From Clostridia bacterium (lineage in GTDB: Bacteria > Bacillota > Clostridia > Oscillospirales > CAG-272): DNA of 54,102 nt. The notes beneath the pieces were generated by a model. That model made no database searches and was not told the origin of the DNA. It saw only the letters and a list, made by a program, of their open reading frames with translations. Shown piece by piece: positions 19,472-29,506 of this stretch; positions within the stretch are counted from its first letter, which is position 1, and every line of letters starts with the position of its first letter. The stretch spans positions 1 through 54,102 of the forward strand of contig JAFTPJ010000003.1 in the NCBI GenBank assembly GCA_017463405.1, in the 5' to 3' direction. A program made the translations under genes and the position numbers.

Positions 19472-21673
19472 TTATTTCTTTTTGCGCACGTATGTGCGGA
19501 TTCCGCCGATCAGGAGGGTTGCAAGCGGAAGTGGGACGGTAAAGATCAGAGTCCAGACAGAAATCTGACCGTCTGTCAGAGAGATTGCGGCGGCTGTCAT
19601 TTCGTTTGCGATAAAGGTCAGTTTTTCATAAGCTGATGAGGTCATCCACCTGAAAGAGGACAACACCAGCGTGTAGTTTCCGCCGGAGGAATAGGTCACT
19701 CCCATAGAGGAGATGGAAAGAGGAGAGGAAATCCATGCAATGCGGGTATTTTCCTGCTCGGCAAGAGCACCGCACACAAGTGTCGTGTACTCAATATCGC
19801 TTTCCACTCCATCCTCATCGTCGGTATACAGGAGATAGCCTTTTTCGGTAGTTGTGATCCAGGGCGTTAAGGTAACATCCTCCCGCTCCTCAAGAACGAT
19901 GGAATGCGGCATAATTGCCGTAAAGGATCTGTCAAATTTTCCGTCGGTTGCAGGGGTTGCCAATACCTTTGCTTGGAAAATCGCCTCGTTTTCCAAAAGT
20001 TTATCTTCATTTCCTTCGCAAAGAATATTGGAGCGTTCCGCGAGGCAAAGACCGTACTCGGAGAGCAGAGAATAAAGCCCTGTAAGCTCCGTTTTACTGT
20101 AATCTGTAACGACAAACAGATTCCCGCCATTCGCAAGGTACGAACGGAGTTCCTTCATTTCCTCTGTCTGCAAATCATTTTTCGGAGAGAACAGGAGCAG
20201 AAGATCGCAATCCTCGGGAATGGAATTTAGGGAAGAGATATAGCGGATAAAAAATCCGTTTTCAAGAATCTCGGTGATAAAGGAGGAATCCGGCGTGGTA
20301 AAGGCATCACTGATTGGAATATATACGGTCGGAACATCGGTGGAGACGACATACTGAATCGCATTTGTCAGAGCTGACTCGCCGTCGAAAAAAGCCGCGG
20401 TTGATGTGGAGTAGAACAGCTGCTCGATTGTTGCCATGGTGGTTTCATCCACGCCGCCGAGCGATCCGGTTTGCAAATAATTGACATAGGTTTGTGTCAG
20501 GTACGCATAGTCCGTTGGAGAGAAGCGAAGCCCCATCGATGCGTTTTCGTAGTAATAAAGATCGTTGAAATCGACCGCGTAGTGCCTTTTTCCGCTGACA
20601 ATAAGCATGCTTTGGTCACTCAACGTAACGTCGGTATACTGCTTTGAAAAGTCGGGATTCTTTTCCGTATCTACAATCTCCAGTTGCAAATAATTGCTCT
20701 CTTCTGCATATTTTTTCAGGAACGAATGAATATCGGAATCGGCATTTTTAGAACCGCCTTGGCACAAATAGTAGATCTTGACGTCCTCATCCAAGGCCTT
20801 GAGAAGGTCCACCGTTTTGCCCGAAATGCGAAAAATATTCAACCCGGAAACGTCAAACGTCGAAAGTTTTTCGGGAAGAAGCATAGCACCCACATTGAAA
20901 AAGAGGATGCCTGCGAGCAGAACGGAGGTGAGAACAACAGTACTGTGGTGACGGTTGGAAGCATAAAAGCATCCTCTTTTCTTTTTCAGAACGAGAACAT
21001 TTAGAAGCAGGAAAAATGCGGAAAAAGTGAGAAAATAAACCGTTCCCGTCAGATCAAACGCCCCGTATGTAAAGGAATAAAAATGATGGAACGGATCGAT
21101 CAGACATACGAGAATCTTGGCAATTCCGTCAAAGTAAAAGAGTGAGAGAACAGAGTGAAGTACATACAGAAGGATCGGAACCGCAAACGCAAGTGTAATT
21201 GCAAGCCATTTCCTTTTGATACCGGAAAAGATCAACTGTGTGATAGCAAGAAGAAGCACGCAAAGCAGGAAATACCCAAACACCGCCATTTCGGATGTAG
21301 CAAGTGCGTTTCCTCCCCATGCGGAAAACAGGAATGGAACCAACGCCATCACCAGAACGGGAATCAGAATCAGCAGGATGATAGCAAGAAATTTTCCTAG
21401 AACAATCGAAACGGGAGATACGGGGAGCGACAGCAGAAGCTTTTCGGAATCCTTTTTCCCAGTTCTCAAATATTGCAAAAGAGACAGCAGCGGGATGAAA
21501 ATAATTGTAAGAACGTTCATGTAAGACAGGGGGAACGTAAGACTCGCATATCCCATAAACAGATTGAGGATAGAGGATAAAACCCCGAAGAGCAGCAGAA
21601 CCGCACCGAGAATGAGATAGGTCATAAAGGAACCGAAGTATAGCTTCAGCTCCTTGCGAAGAATTGCAAGCAT
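19472..21673 (-). CDS. ABC-2 type permease fused to a GldG-like extracytoplasmic auxiliary domain
   Basis: 733-aa ORF. The N-terminal ~250 aa have at least 6 predicted TM helices (ABC-2/GldF-like). A large soluble region follows with GldG-type blocks (TFDVSGLNIFRISGKTVDLLKALDEDVKIYYL, EIVDTEKNPDFSKQY, GGNLFVVTD). A final TM is followed by RKKK. The start is 1 nt after the stop of the ATPase gene. Confidence 0.72.
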   Translation of the reverse strand: MLAILRKELKLYFGSFMTYLILGAVLLLFGVLSSILNLFMGYASLTFPLSYMNVLTIIFIPLLSLLQYLRTGKKDSEKLLLSLPVSPVSIVLGKFLAIILLILIPVLVMALVPFLFSAWGGNALATSEMAVFGYFLLCVLLLAITQLIFSGIKRKWLAITLAFAVPILLYVLHSVLSLFYFDGIAKILVCLIDPFHHFYSFTYGAFDLTGTVYFLTFSAFFLLLNVLVLKKKRGCFYASNRHHSTVVLTSVLLAGILFFNVGAMLLPEKLSTFDVSGLNIFRISGKTVDLLKALDEDVKIYYLCQGGSKNADSDIHSFLKKYAEESNYLQLEIVDTEKNPDFSKQYTDVTLSDQSMLIVSGKRHYAVDFNDLYYYENASMGLRFSPTDYAYLTQTYVNYLQTGSLGGVDETTMATIEQLFYSTSTAAFFDGESALTNAIQYVVSTDVPTVYIPISDAFTTPDSSFITEILENGFFIRYISSLNSIPEDCDLLLLFSPKNDLQTEEMKELRSYLANGGNLFVVTDYSKTELTGLYSLLSEYGLCLAERSNILCEGNEDKLLENEAIFQAKVLATPATDGKFDRSFTAIMPHSIVLEEREDVTLTPWITTTEKGYLLYTDDEDGVESDIEYTTLVCGALAEQENTRIAWISSPLSISSMGVTYSSGGNYTLVLSSFRWMTSSAYEKLTFIANEMTAAAISLTDGQISVWTLIFTVPLPLATLLIGGIRTYVRKKK

Positions 21674-21674
21674 A

Positions 21675-22346
21675 TCAGTTTTTCTCCTCCTTTTCCATCG
21701 TTTGCACGCTCATATCGAACAGAACTCCGTCGGAAAGCAAAAAAATACAGTCACATAGTTCGTATAAGGGCTCCTTTTCACATCCGCTGATGATCAGGGT
21801 CGCCTTTTCGGAAAGATAATTCAAGAGATCCTCTGTTTTTTGCATCTCACGCGGAGAAAGTCCCTTCCACGGGTCGTCAAAAATTAGAATGTCCGATTTT
21901 CCGAGAGCGGTCTGTGCGATACCGATACATTTTTTCTCAAACGGTGACAGATTTCCGATCAGGCAATCTCTTCGCGGAGAAACTCCTGTCACGTCCAACA
22001 GTCCGCTGATGGCGCGGATCGCTTTTTCGTATCCCATGCCCTTGATATCGGCAATATACATCAGATATTCCACAGGCGTCATCTGTTCGTAAAGTGCGTT
22101 ATTTTGCGGCAGATAGCCGATAAATTCCCTTGCCTTCAGCGGCTCCGCTTGAAGGTCAAAGCCGTTGATCAGTACTGTTCCGCTTTTGCAGGTACAAGCC
22201 CCTGCAAGATGATCGAGAAGTACGGTTTTTCCTGCACCGTGCTCACCGTAAACACCGTAGCTCTGTCCGTTTTTCCATTTGAAGCTGATATTGTTTAATA
22301 CTGTTTTTTCACCGTATGAAATAGTTAAATTTCTGACCTCTATCAA
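21675..22346 (-). CDS. ABC transporter ATP-binding protein (GldA-like)
   Basis: 223-aa ORF with Walker A GEHGAGKT and Walker B ILIFDDP. The signature motif is degenerate: LSPFEKK where LSGGQ is expected. Confidence 0.85.
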   Translation of the reverse strand: MIEVRNLTISYGEKTVLNNISFKWKNGQSYGVYGEHGAGKTVLLDHLAGACTCKSGTVLINGFDLQAEPLKAREFIGYLPQNNALYEQMTPVEYLMYIADIKGMGYEKAIRAISGLLDVTGVSPRRDCLIGNLSPFEKKCIGIAQTALGKSDILIFDDPWKGLSPREMQKTEDLLNYLSEKATLIISGCEKEPLYELCDCIFLLSDGVLFDMSVQTMEKEEKN

Positions 22347-22439
22347 CGCTTTATCCTCCGAAGTGAATATAAATATCCATTTTACTACCTATATCATACA
22401 TGATGTTTGTGTCATCCGTTTGACCGCATTTTGACTTTT

Positions 22440-23282
22440 TTATGACCTTGACCGATTTGTCGCTTTCTGATAGGCGAGGGGAGACATTCCGACACGGGAT
22501 TTGAAGACGCTTGAAAAATAATTGGAGTCTCCGAAGCCGACCGAATATGCGATTTCGGTGATGTTCAGCTCTGCATACTTCAACAGCTCCTTTGCGTCCT
22601 CAATACGCAGATCGGTCAGAAATTCCCGAAAGCTTTTTCCGACATGCGATTTGAACAGATGGCTGATCCGTGAACGGCTGCATCCAAAATGTCGGCATAT
22701 ATCCTCCACCGTGATATTCTGCGTATGATACTGTCTGATATACCGAACAACACGGTCGGTCAGATTCTCACTGCCTTCTCTTGTTTCGGTTTTGAAATAT
22801 GCCAGCTCCAGCATCAAGCATAGAGGGTTTAACAGTGTATCGATCCGACGCTTGTCGGGAATCTCCTTTTTCAAGGACGGATACAATGCATCGAGCTGTT
22901 CGGCGGGTACAGAGAAGCGCTCTTCCGTGCGGCGGATATAGCTGTTCGGAGCCTCGCATTGATATCCGCCAACTGAAATGAATCCGATCAGACGCTCTTG
23001 CCCGCGAATCGGATAGATGTATTCTCGTACACCGGCATAGCACGTCCCGCAGAAGGAACCTTCCTTGCATTTCTCGAGAATTTTCCTTTGCCTTTCTGCA
23101 CAGTGCTTTTGTGCGGCTGGATGCGTCTTGACATAGATGCAGTAGGAGTTTTCGTGAATGTTAAAAGCAATCAGCTCGCTCGGAACAATCAGATGCTCCT
23201 TTTCCAATGGGTGAAGTGTAACCGCCAGTCCGCACTGCGTTTTCAGATATAAAATATAGTTTTTGATATCCGTTATAGTATC
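22440..23282 (-). CDS. AraC family transcriptional regulator with Cys-containing N-terminal sensor domain (PocR-like?)
   Basis: The ORF track gives 22440..23342. I prefer ATG 23282 (MDTITDI...), preceded by GGAGA. The C-terminal AraC HTH is CRHFGCSRSRISHLFKSHVGKSFREFLTDLRIEDAKELL...AYSVGFGDSNYFSSVFKSRVGMSPLAY. The N-domain HCAERQRKILEKCKEGSFCGTCYAGVREYIYPIRGQERLIGFISVGGY resembles PocR; that assignment is low confidence. Confidence 0.8.
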   Translation of the reverse strand, partial: DTITDIKNYILYLKTQCGLAVTLHPLEKEHLIVPSELIAFNIHENSYCIYVKTHPAAQKHCAERQRKILEKCKEGSFCGTCYAGVREYIYPIRGQERLIGFISVGGYQCEAPNSYIRRTEERFSVPAEQLDALYPSLKKEIPDKRRIDTLLNPLCLMLELAYFKTETREGSENLTDRVVRYIRQYHTQNITVEDICRHFGCSRSRISHLFKSHVGKSFREFLTDLRIEDAKELLKYAELNITEIAYSVGFGDSNYFSSVFKSRVGMSPLAYQKATNRSRS

Positions 23283-23395
23283 CATTTTTCTCCATTGCAC
23301 ATTTTTATAGTTTTTTGGCACATTTTTTAAGGAATACCACATGTTTTTGTGCTATTCTTATGATATCACAAAAATCAGGAGATTGCAAGACGAAA

Positions 23396-25087
23396 ATGAG
23401 AAATTTACAATATCACACCGACCTTTGCGTTGTTGGCGGCGGTATGTCAGGGCTTTGCTGTGCGATTGCAGCATCCCGCCACGGAATCAAGACCGTCCTG
23501 ATTCAGGACAGACCTGTGCTCGGTGGCAATGCTTCGAGCGAGATCCGCATGTGGATCGGCGGTGCACACGGCAAGGATAACCGCGAAACGGGTATCATGG
23601 AAGAGATCTTTTTGGAAAACTTCTATCAGAATCCCGGCTTGAAGTATTCCCTTTGGGACAGCGTGCTTTATGAAAAAGCCAAGGCGGAGGAAAACCTGAC
23701 GCTCCTGTTGAACACGACCTGTTTGGACGCTGTGATGGACAGCGACCGTATCGTATCGGTCAAGGCATGGCAAACCAACGCGGAGACCTTTCACACCGTG
23801 ACGGCGACCTATTTCGCAGATTGCTCGGGTGACTCGATACTGGCACCACTCTCGGGTGCGGAATTTATGTACGGTAGAGAGGCAAAATCGGCATTCAACG
23901 AGACGATTCCGCCCGACGTTGCCGATCGGAAAACCATGGGCATGAGCTGTCTGTTCCAGATCCGCGAGACCGATCACAAAGTTCCTTTTACGCCTCCTGC
24001 GTGGGCATATACCTACGAGAGTGACGCCGATCTTCCATACAAGGATCACCATAAGAACGACAATTTCTGGTGGATCGAGCTTGGCGGTGAATGGGATTGC
24101 ATTCACGACACCGACCGATGCCGTGACGAGCTGCTTAAGATTTGCTACGGCGTCTGGGATCACATGAAAAACAAGGGTGACCATGGTGTGGACAACTGGG
24201 AGATGGAGTGGATTGGATTTTTACCGGGCAAGCGTGAGAGCCGCCGATATGTCGGAAAATACATCGTCAATCAAAACGATGTGGAGACAGAGGGACACTT
24301 CGAGGATCTTGTTGCCTACGCCGGCTGGTCGATGGACGATCACTTCCCCGCGGGCTTTTACTACACCGAGGGATATCCCACGATCTTCCATCCCGCACCG
24401 CAGCCGTGGGGACTTCCGCTTCGTTGCATGATTTCTAAAAATATTAAAAATCTTGTTTTCGCGGGACGCAATATCAGCGTCACGCACGCCGCGCTCTCCT
24501 CGTCGCGCGTCATGGCGACCTGCGGTATCCTCGGTCAGGCGCTCGGAACGGCGGTCGCACAGGCGATTCATGACGGATGTACTGTGGAAAACGTAGATAT
24601 TCCGAAATTACAGCAAACGCTGATGGAGGACGATTGCTACCTTCCGTGGCACACAAGAACGCTTCCGACGCTTACGCAATCCGCACGTTGCGACGCCGAC
24701 GTGGTCAGAAACGGACTGGATCGAGGCGAGGAAAATCTGTGGATCGGTACGATGGGTGACACCGTTTGCTACACCTTCGATAGAGATTCGAGCGTCAGCG
24801 AAATCCGATTGGTTTTTGACAGCAATCTGAATCGCAATTATCATAATATGCCCTGCAATTATCCGCTTGTGCAGACCAAATTCAAGCTACCGGATACTTT
24901 GATTCGTGCATACCGTGTTGAAGGAATCGACAAAAACGGAACGGTTGTAGCCTCTGTGGAGGTCAACGACAATCATCAGCGCTTTGTCCGCCACGCGGTA
25001 AACTGGAGCGTTCGCTCCGTTCGCCTCGTTCCCCTCTCCACACATGGCTGCGACACCTTCCGCGTATTTGATTTTGAGGTCAGATAA
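23396..25087 (+). CDS. FAD-dependent oxidoreductase (FAD_oxidored-type, function unknown)
   Basis: The ORF track gives 23315..25087. I prefer ATG 23396 (MRNLQYHTDL...). It has a Rossmann dinucleotide motif DLCVVGGGMSGLCCAIAASRHGIKTVLIQDRPVLGGNASSE. It is divergent from the AraC gene at 22440-23282. Confidence 0.78.
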   Translation: MRNLQYHTDLCVVGGGMSGLCCAIAASRHGIKTVLIQDRPVLGGNASSEIRMWIGGAHGKDNRETGIMEEIFLENFYQNPGLKYSLWDSVLYEKAKAEENLTLLLNTTCLDAVMDSDRIVSVKAWQTNAETFHTVTATYFADCSGDSILAPLSGAEFMYGREAKSAFNETIPPDVADRKTMGMSCLFQIRETDHKVPFTPPAWAYTYESDADLPYKDHHKNDNFWWIELGGEWDCIHDTDRCRDELLKICYGVWDHMKNKGDHGVDNWEMEWIGFLPGKRESRRYVGKYIVNQNDVETEGHFEDLVAYAGWSMDDHFPAGFYYTEGYPTIFHPAPQPWGLPLRCMISKNIKNLVFAGRNISVTHAALSSSRVMATCGILGQALGTAVAQAIHDGCTVENVDIPKLQQTLMEDDCYLPWHTRTLPTLTQSARCDADVVRNGLDRGEENLWIGTMGDTVCYTFDRDSSVSEIRLVFDSNLNRNYHNMPCNYPLVQTKFKLPDTLIRAYRVEGIDKNGTVVASVEVNDNHQRFVRHAVNWSVRSVRLVPLSTHGCDTFRVFDFEVR

Positions 25088-25129
25088 ACGAAAGGCGACC
25101 AACAACGGAAACAGATACCCGCCAATAGC

Positions 25130-25174
25130 AAAAGGACAGAGTGCGTTTGGATTTTCCAAAGACTCTGTCCTTTT
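25130..25174. terminator. Bidirectional terminator between convergent FAD oxidoreductase and MATE genes
   Basis: AAAAGGACAGAGT (25130-25142) pairs with ACTCTGTCCTTTT (25162-25174). The A and T runs are built into both arms. Confidence 0.6.
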
Positions 25175-25191
25175 CAATTTCCATTGAAAAA

Positions 25192-26550
25192 CTATATTTT
25201 TTTATAAGATCCTTTGCTATATCGGTGCGTCAGGATCACAGCTGCTACCGAGTTGAATAGCATGATCAACGTCCATGATATGGTAAAGCACATCATAATC
25301 ATGGAAAACGTAGGATTTTGTGGATAAAAGCCTTGCATCCATACAATACGAAAGCCCAGTGTAAACACGATGGAATTGACGCTGGAAAAGATGGGATAAC
25401 CGTAAGCCTGGAGTGCGTGGGAAAGCACTGCGTTCACGCCTTTAATAAACATAAATTGTGTGACCCAGAAGGAACGCATCATTCCGTATTCGATGGCATG
25501 GGAGGAGGAGAAGCCCAAAATAAGACCCAACCAAAATTCTCCTGTGAAGTGAGTCAGCAATCCCATTGCACCACCGATGCCGACACTGAAGAACAAGCAA
25601 TAAAGAAGGGATTTTCTTGTGCGTTCCGGTTGCTCTGCACCGATATTCTGCCCCATAAAGGTCATTGTAGCGATTCCAAAGCTGTCTGTGAAGGAGTTGT
25701 TGATGTTGTTGATCGATTCCGCCGCGCTATTGCCGGCTACCGCATCAACACCGAAGGAGTTGATGGCAGAAACGATTTGTAGATTGGCAAGCGGGAAGAT
25801 CAGCTTGTAAACTGCCGTTGGAATGCCGAAGCGCAGAAGATTCCCGAGCGCCGATAATGAAAATTGCATTTTGTGAAGCCTCACGCGCGCGCTATCCTCG
25901 AAGTGGCAAAGACGGTTCACGACCAGAACAGCACTGATGATTTTCGATACCGCAGTAGCGATCGCAACTGCTGCGACCTTTTCGGGGAGGATCAGACAAA
26001 GAATAATATTCAAGATCAGATTGGTTACACCCGCGATCATAATATAAATAAACGGACGTCTCGTATCTCCCAGCGTACGAAGAACCGACGCCCCGTAGTT
26101 GTAAAGAAGCGTTGCTGGTGCGGCGGCAATATAGATTCGGATATACAGCAACGCACTATCGTAGCACGCGGCAGGGCAATTGGTTAAGATAAGAAACGCA
26201 GGAGAGGCGATTACACCGACGATTGCCACCAAAATACCGAATCCGACACCGGCGATCAAGGACGTATCGATGGCGGTTCGGATTTTTGCATCATTCTTTT
26301 GTCCGATGTACCGTCCCAGAACGATTGTAGTACCGGAGGAGAGTCCGACAAAGCTGTTGATGGCGAGAGAGGTGATCGTACCCGTAGCACCTACGGCGGC
26401 GACGGCAACGGTATCCGCCATGTTTCCCAATACCGCCTTGTCAACAATTTCGAAAAGGTGTTGCGCGATGGTAGTCAGAATCAGGGGAAACGTATACGTA
26501 AGAATGAGTGGGATCAGCGAGCCTTGCAGGGCGTCTACCTTGCGCTTCAT
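25192..26550 (-). CDS. MATE family efflux transporter
   Basis: 452-aa polytopic (about 12 TM) protein with the two-repeat MatE layout. The N-terminal block is LILTYTFPLILTTIAQHLFEIVDKAVLGNM. Confidence 0.82.
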   Translation of the reverse strand: MKRKVDALQGSLIPLILTYTFPLILTTIAQHLFEIVDKAVLGNMADTVAVAAVGATGTITSLAINSFVGLSSGTTIVLGRYIGQKNDAKIRTAIDTSLIAGVGFGILVAIVGVIASPAFLILTNCPAACYDSALLYIRIYIAAAPATLLYNYGASVLRTLGDTRRPFIYIMIAGVTNLILNIILCLILPEKVAAVAIATAVSKIISAVLVVNRLCHFEDSARVRLHKMQFSLSALGNLLRFGIPTAVYKLIFPLANLQIVSAINSFGVDAVAGNSAAESINNINNSFTDSFGIATMTFMGQNIGAEQPERTRKSLLYCLFFSVGIGGAMGLLTHFTGEFWLGLILGFSSSHAIEYGMMRSFWVTQFMFIKGVNAVLSHALQAYGYPIFSSVNSIVFTLGFRIVWMQGFYPQNPTFSMIMMCFTISWTLIMLFNSVAAVILTHRYSKGSYKKI

Positions 26551-26606
26551 GAAATATCCTCCGTCGCGTTTTGTCGATCTTTATGATAAAATTATATCAC
26601 AATGAC

Positions 26607-26635
26607 TTGACAAATACCATAAATTAAATTATAAT
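26607..26635 (+). promoter_or_regulatory. Candidate promoter of the AraC gene at 26671
   Basis: TTGACA (26607-26612), 17-nt spacer, TATAAT (26630-26635). Confidence 0.5.
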
Positions 26636-26670
26636 AAACCTATAAAAATTTACAGTATTTCGGAGACGGT

Positions 26671-27453
26671 ATGCAAATCGAATTGATCAACCAATCTCAA
26701 AGAGAAAATCTTGAGGCTTTCAAAACGCCGACGTTGAAGCGCAACTGGGATATTCTCATTATCGTATTGGACGGTATTTACTCAATTTATACGGAAGGAA
26801 GAAAAAAGCCGATTCTTCTTCACAAAAATGAGATTGCCTTCATTCCATCGGGAACGGAATTTACACGCAGCGCCGTTGAACCGGTTTCCTATTATCATAT
26901 CTCCTTTTGTTCTCAAGGTGACCATCCCTTCCGCATGTTGCTCTCACCTGGCAAGCTCGGCATTCCACAGGAGCAGGTGATTCCGATGATCAACAGTATG
27001 GACCATGCCTTTCTCATGACCGACAATCGCGAGCTGATCACCCATCTTGTCGAGCGGATCTTTGCGGAAAATTATTTGTTCGGAAAAAACAAGAAGGTCA
27101 ATCTTCCGCATTTGAGTGAGGAGGTATTGAGCACCATTCGGTATATGAATTCGCATCTGTCCGAGGATTTGAGCATGGATGCGCTTGCCGCACGTGTTTA
27201 TTTGAGCCACACAGGGCTCATTTGGAAATTCAAGCAGGAGTTGGGTACCACGCCGTCTCAGTATCTGATTCTTCTTCGTTTGCGCTACGCCAAGCAGCTT
27301 TTGCTAGATCACCCATATAGCATCACAGAGATCGCGGAGTTGTGCGGCTATGCCAATCCCTATTACTTTACCAATTCCTTTCGGAAGTATTCCGGTATGA
27401 GTCCTACCGTTTTTCGCAAGCATTATCTGGGCAAGACATCGCAATCACGGTAA
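26671..27453 (+). CDS. AraC family transcriptional regulator
   Basis: 260-aa ORF with a cupin-like N-domain. The C-terminal HTH is LAARVYLSHTGLIWKFKQELGTTPSQYLILLRLRYAKQLL...IAELCGYANPYYFTNSFRKYSGMSPTVFR. Confidence 0.85.
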   Translation: MQIELINQSQRENLEAFKTPTLKRNWDILIIVLDGIYSIYTEGRKKPILLHKNEIAFIPSGTEFTRSAVEPVSYYHISFCSQGDHPFRMLLSPGKLGIPQEQVIPMINSMDHAFLMTDNRELITHLVERIFAENYLFGKNKKVNLPHLSEEVLSTIRYMNSHLSEDLSMDALAARVYLSHTGLIWKFKQELGTTPSQYLILLRLRYAKQLLLDHPYSITEIAELCGYANPYYFTNSFRKYSGMSPTVFRKHYLGKTSQSR

Positions 27454-27475
27454 AAATCTGTTCCTGTCATTAAAA

Positions 27476-27521
27476 AGTGTAGACGATCGCTTTGACACCC
27501 AAAGCGATCGTCTGCACTTTT
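27476..27521. terminator. Bidirectional terminator between convergent AraC and GH13 genes
   Basis: An 18-bp stem forms between AGTGTAGACGATCGCTTT (27476-27493) and AAAGCGATCGTCTGCACT (27501-27518), with one G-U pair. It is flanked by an A-run and a T-run. Confidence 0.65.
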
Positions 27522-27532
27522 ATGCTTGTTGT

Positions 27533-29437
27533 TTATTGCGCCAAAATGAGGAATCCTTGCGTGGGAATGATCGTATTTTTTGCGACTGCTTTCCCGGTCA
27601 GCGCGTTTTTCCATTTTCCGGGGAGTGAATATATTCGCTCCTGTCCCATATTGGCAAGCACCACCAAGCGGTCACCGTCACAAACGCGCTCGTACGCGAT
27701 GAAATCCGCGTCATTCGTGAGAAAACGAAACTCCCCATCCTTCAGGGCAGGATGCTCGCGCCGCAATTTGCCGAGCGCGCGATAATGCTCTATTAAGGAC
27801 GTGTCCTCCTCGCCCCACGGATATGGCATCCGACAGAACGGATCGCGGTACCCCTCCAGTCCCGCCTCGTCGCCGTAGTAGACCGACGGAACACCGAAAA
27901 CGGTGAATTGCAGTACCGACGCCAGTTTCAACAGTCCGATGGCGTTTTCCCTCTGATCGGAGGAAAGTCGCAGATGTGCCAGCTCATCGTTTGTCAAATC
28001 TTCCCCAAGCGTTTTGTCACCCAGTACAGTCAGAATCCGTTCGGTGTCGTGCGTACCGATGATGTTCATCAACGCATGACTGACTGCGCGCGGATAGGAC
28101 GCGTAAAGTTCGGTTAGAATATTATAAAAGGTTTCGCCGTCCCCGTCCTTCAGAAACGCGAGCACTGCGTTGCGGAAGGGATAATTCATCACGCTGTCGA
28201 GCTGTCGTCCCGAAAAATAGCGGCGGCGCTTTCCGTACGCGATCTTATCGGCGGCGTTTTCCCACACCTCGCCGATGATCACGCCCTCCCCGTTGGTGGT
28301 ATCCTTGACGGTTTTGCGCAGCTCGTCCAGAAACGCATCGGACAATTCATCCGCCACGTCCAGCCGCCAGCCGTCGGCTCCGCGTAAAAGCCACTTTTGT
28401 ACAATGCCTCCGTCTACCGTGAAATAATGACGGCATTCCTCGATCTCGTGATTGAGGCGCGGCATGATCTCGATATTCCACCAGCATTCGTAGGAATCGG
28501 GAAACTTGCGGAAGGAAAACCACTTGGCGTAGGGCGATGTTTCGGACTGATATGCCCCTACCGTTGCATAATTTCCACGGCGGTTGAAGTATTTGCTGTC
28601 ATCTCCCGTGTGGTTGAACACGCCGTCCAGAATGACCCGTATGCCGCGCTTGTGCGCCTCGCCTACCAGATGATCAAACGCCGCATCTCCGCCGAGAATG
28701 CTGTCAATTTCCTCGTAATCTCCCGTATCGTACCGATGGTTGGAATATGCCTTGAAGATTGGGGAAAGATACAGGACGGTTATGCCGAGAGCGGCAAGAT
28801 CATCCAGCTTTTCTGCAATGCCCCACAGGTTTCCACCGAAGAACAGATTATTCGCAAGCGGTGCACCGGGAACGCGCGCGTATTGCGGCACGCCGTGATG
28901 CCAATCGGGATGGAGCTTTGCGTCGCCGTGCAGCGCCGTTTCTCCCTCACCCTTGCAGAAACGGTCAACGAAAATATGGTACATCGTCCCACCGCGGAAC
29001 CACGCAGGCGTGTCGTATTCCTTTTCATATACCAAAAGACGGAATTTGCAATCGCTTTTGTCCGACAGCATTATATCCACATTGTTGACGCTGTTCGAAA
29101 ACAGCGTATCCCAGCCGCGAACGAACAGATATTCGTAATAAAACAGACCATAGCCGTCCTTGCCGCAAAGCGATTCGGTGTCCAGCGTCAGCGTATATAT
29201 GTCACACGTCCCTTCCAGCGCACAGAATTGCATCGGAAGATCGTGCGCCTCCTCTCCGTCCTTTTCCAGGCGGAGAACCACGGCGGCGGCACCGAGTGCA
29301 CGCGGTACGGAGATACGGAAATCAATCCTTGTACCGTACGGAAACGCGCCAAGGTGACTGACGTCCTCGCCATTTGCCGTCTTTTTGATTTGAATACTTT
29401 CACCGCTCTCAATCGCGGAATGTAATTTCAGTAACAT
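27533..29437 (-). CDS. Cytoplasmic GH13 alpha-amylase-family enzyme (neopullulanase/cyclomaltodextrinase-like)
   Basis: 634-aa ORF without a signal peptide. The GH13 conserved regions are present: GIRVILDGVFNHTG (I), GADGWRLDVADEL (II), IIGEVWE (III) and NIIGTHDTERI (IV). LSPIFKAYSNHRYDTGDY is also present. Confidence 0.88.
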   Translation of the reverse strand: MLLKLHSAIESGESIQIKKTANGEDVSHLGAFPYGTRIDFRISVPRALGAAAVVLRLEKDGEEAHDLPMQFCALEGTCDIYTLTLDTESLCGKDGYGLFYYEYLFVRGWDTLFSNSVNNVDIMLSDKSDCKFRLLVYEKEYDTPAWFRGGTMYHIFVDRFCKGEGETALHGDAKLHPDWHHGVPQYARVPGAPLANNLFFGGNLWGIAEKLDDLAALGITVLYLSPIFKAYSNHRYDTGDYEEIDSILGGDAAFDHLVGEAHKRGIRVILDGVFNHTGDDSKYFNRRGNYATVGAYQSETSPYAKWFSFRKFPDSYECWWNIEIMPRLNHEIEECRHYFTVDGGIVQKWLLRGADGWRLDVADELSDAFLDELRKTVKDTTNGEGVIIGEVWENAADKIAYGKRRRYFSGRQLDSVMNYPFRNAVLAFLKDGDGETFYNILTELYASYPRAVSHALMNIIGTHDTERILTVLGDKTLGEDLTNDELAHLRLSSDQRENAIGLLKLASVLQFTVFGVPSVYYGDEAGLEGYRDPFCRMPYPWGEEDTSLIEHYRALGKLRREHPALKDGEFRFLTNDADFIAYERVCDGDRLVVLANMGQERIYSLPGKWKNALTGKAVAKNTIIPTQGFLILAQ

Positions 29438-29506
29438 CGATAATCTGCCTTTATGTGATATTATAGTCGAAAGGGAGAGACTGTTCGTGCTCCCCCATCC
29501 GAAATC

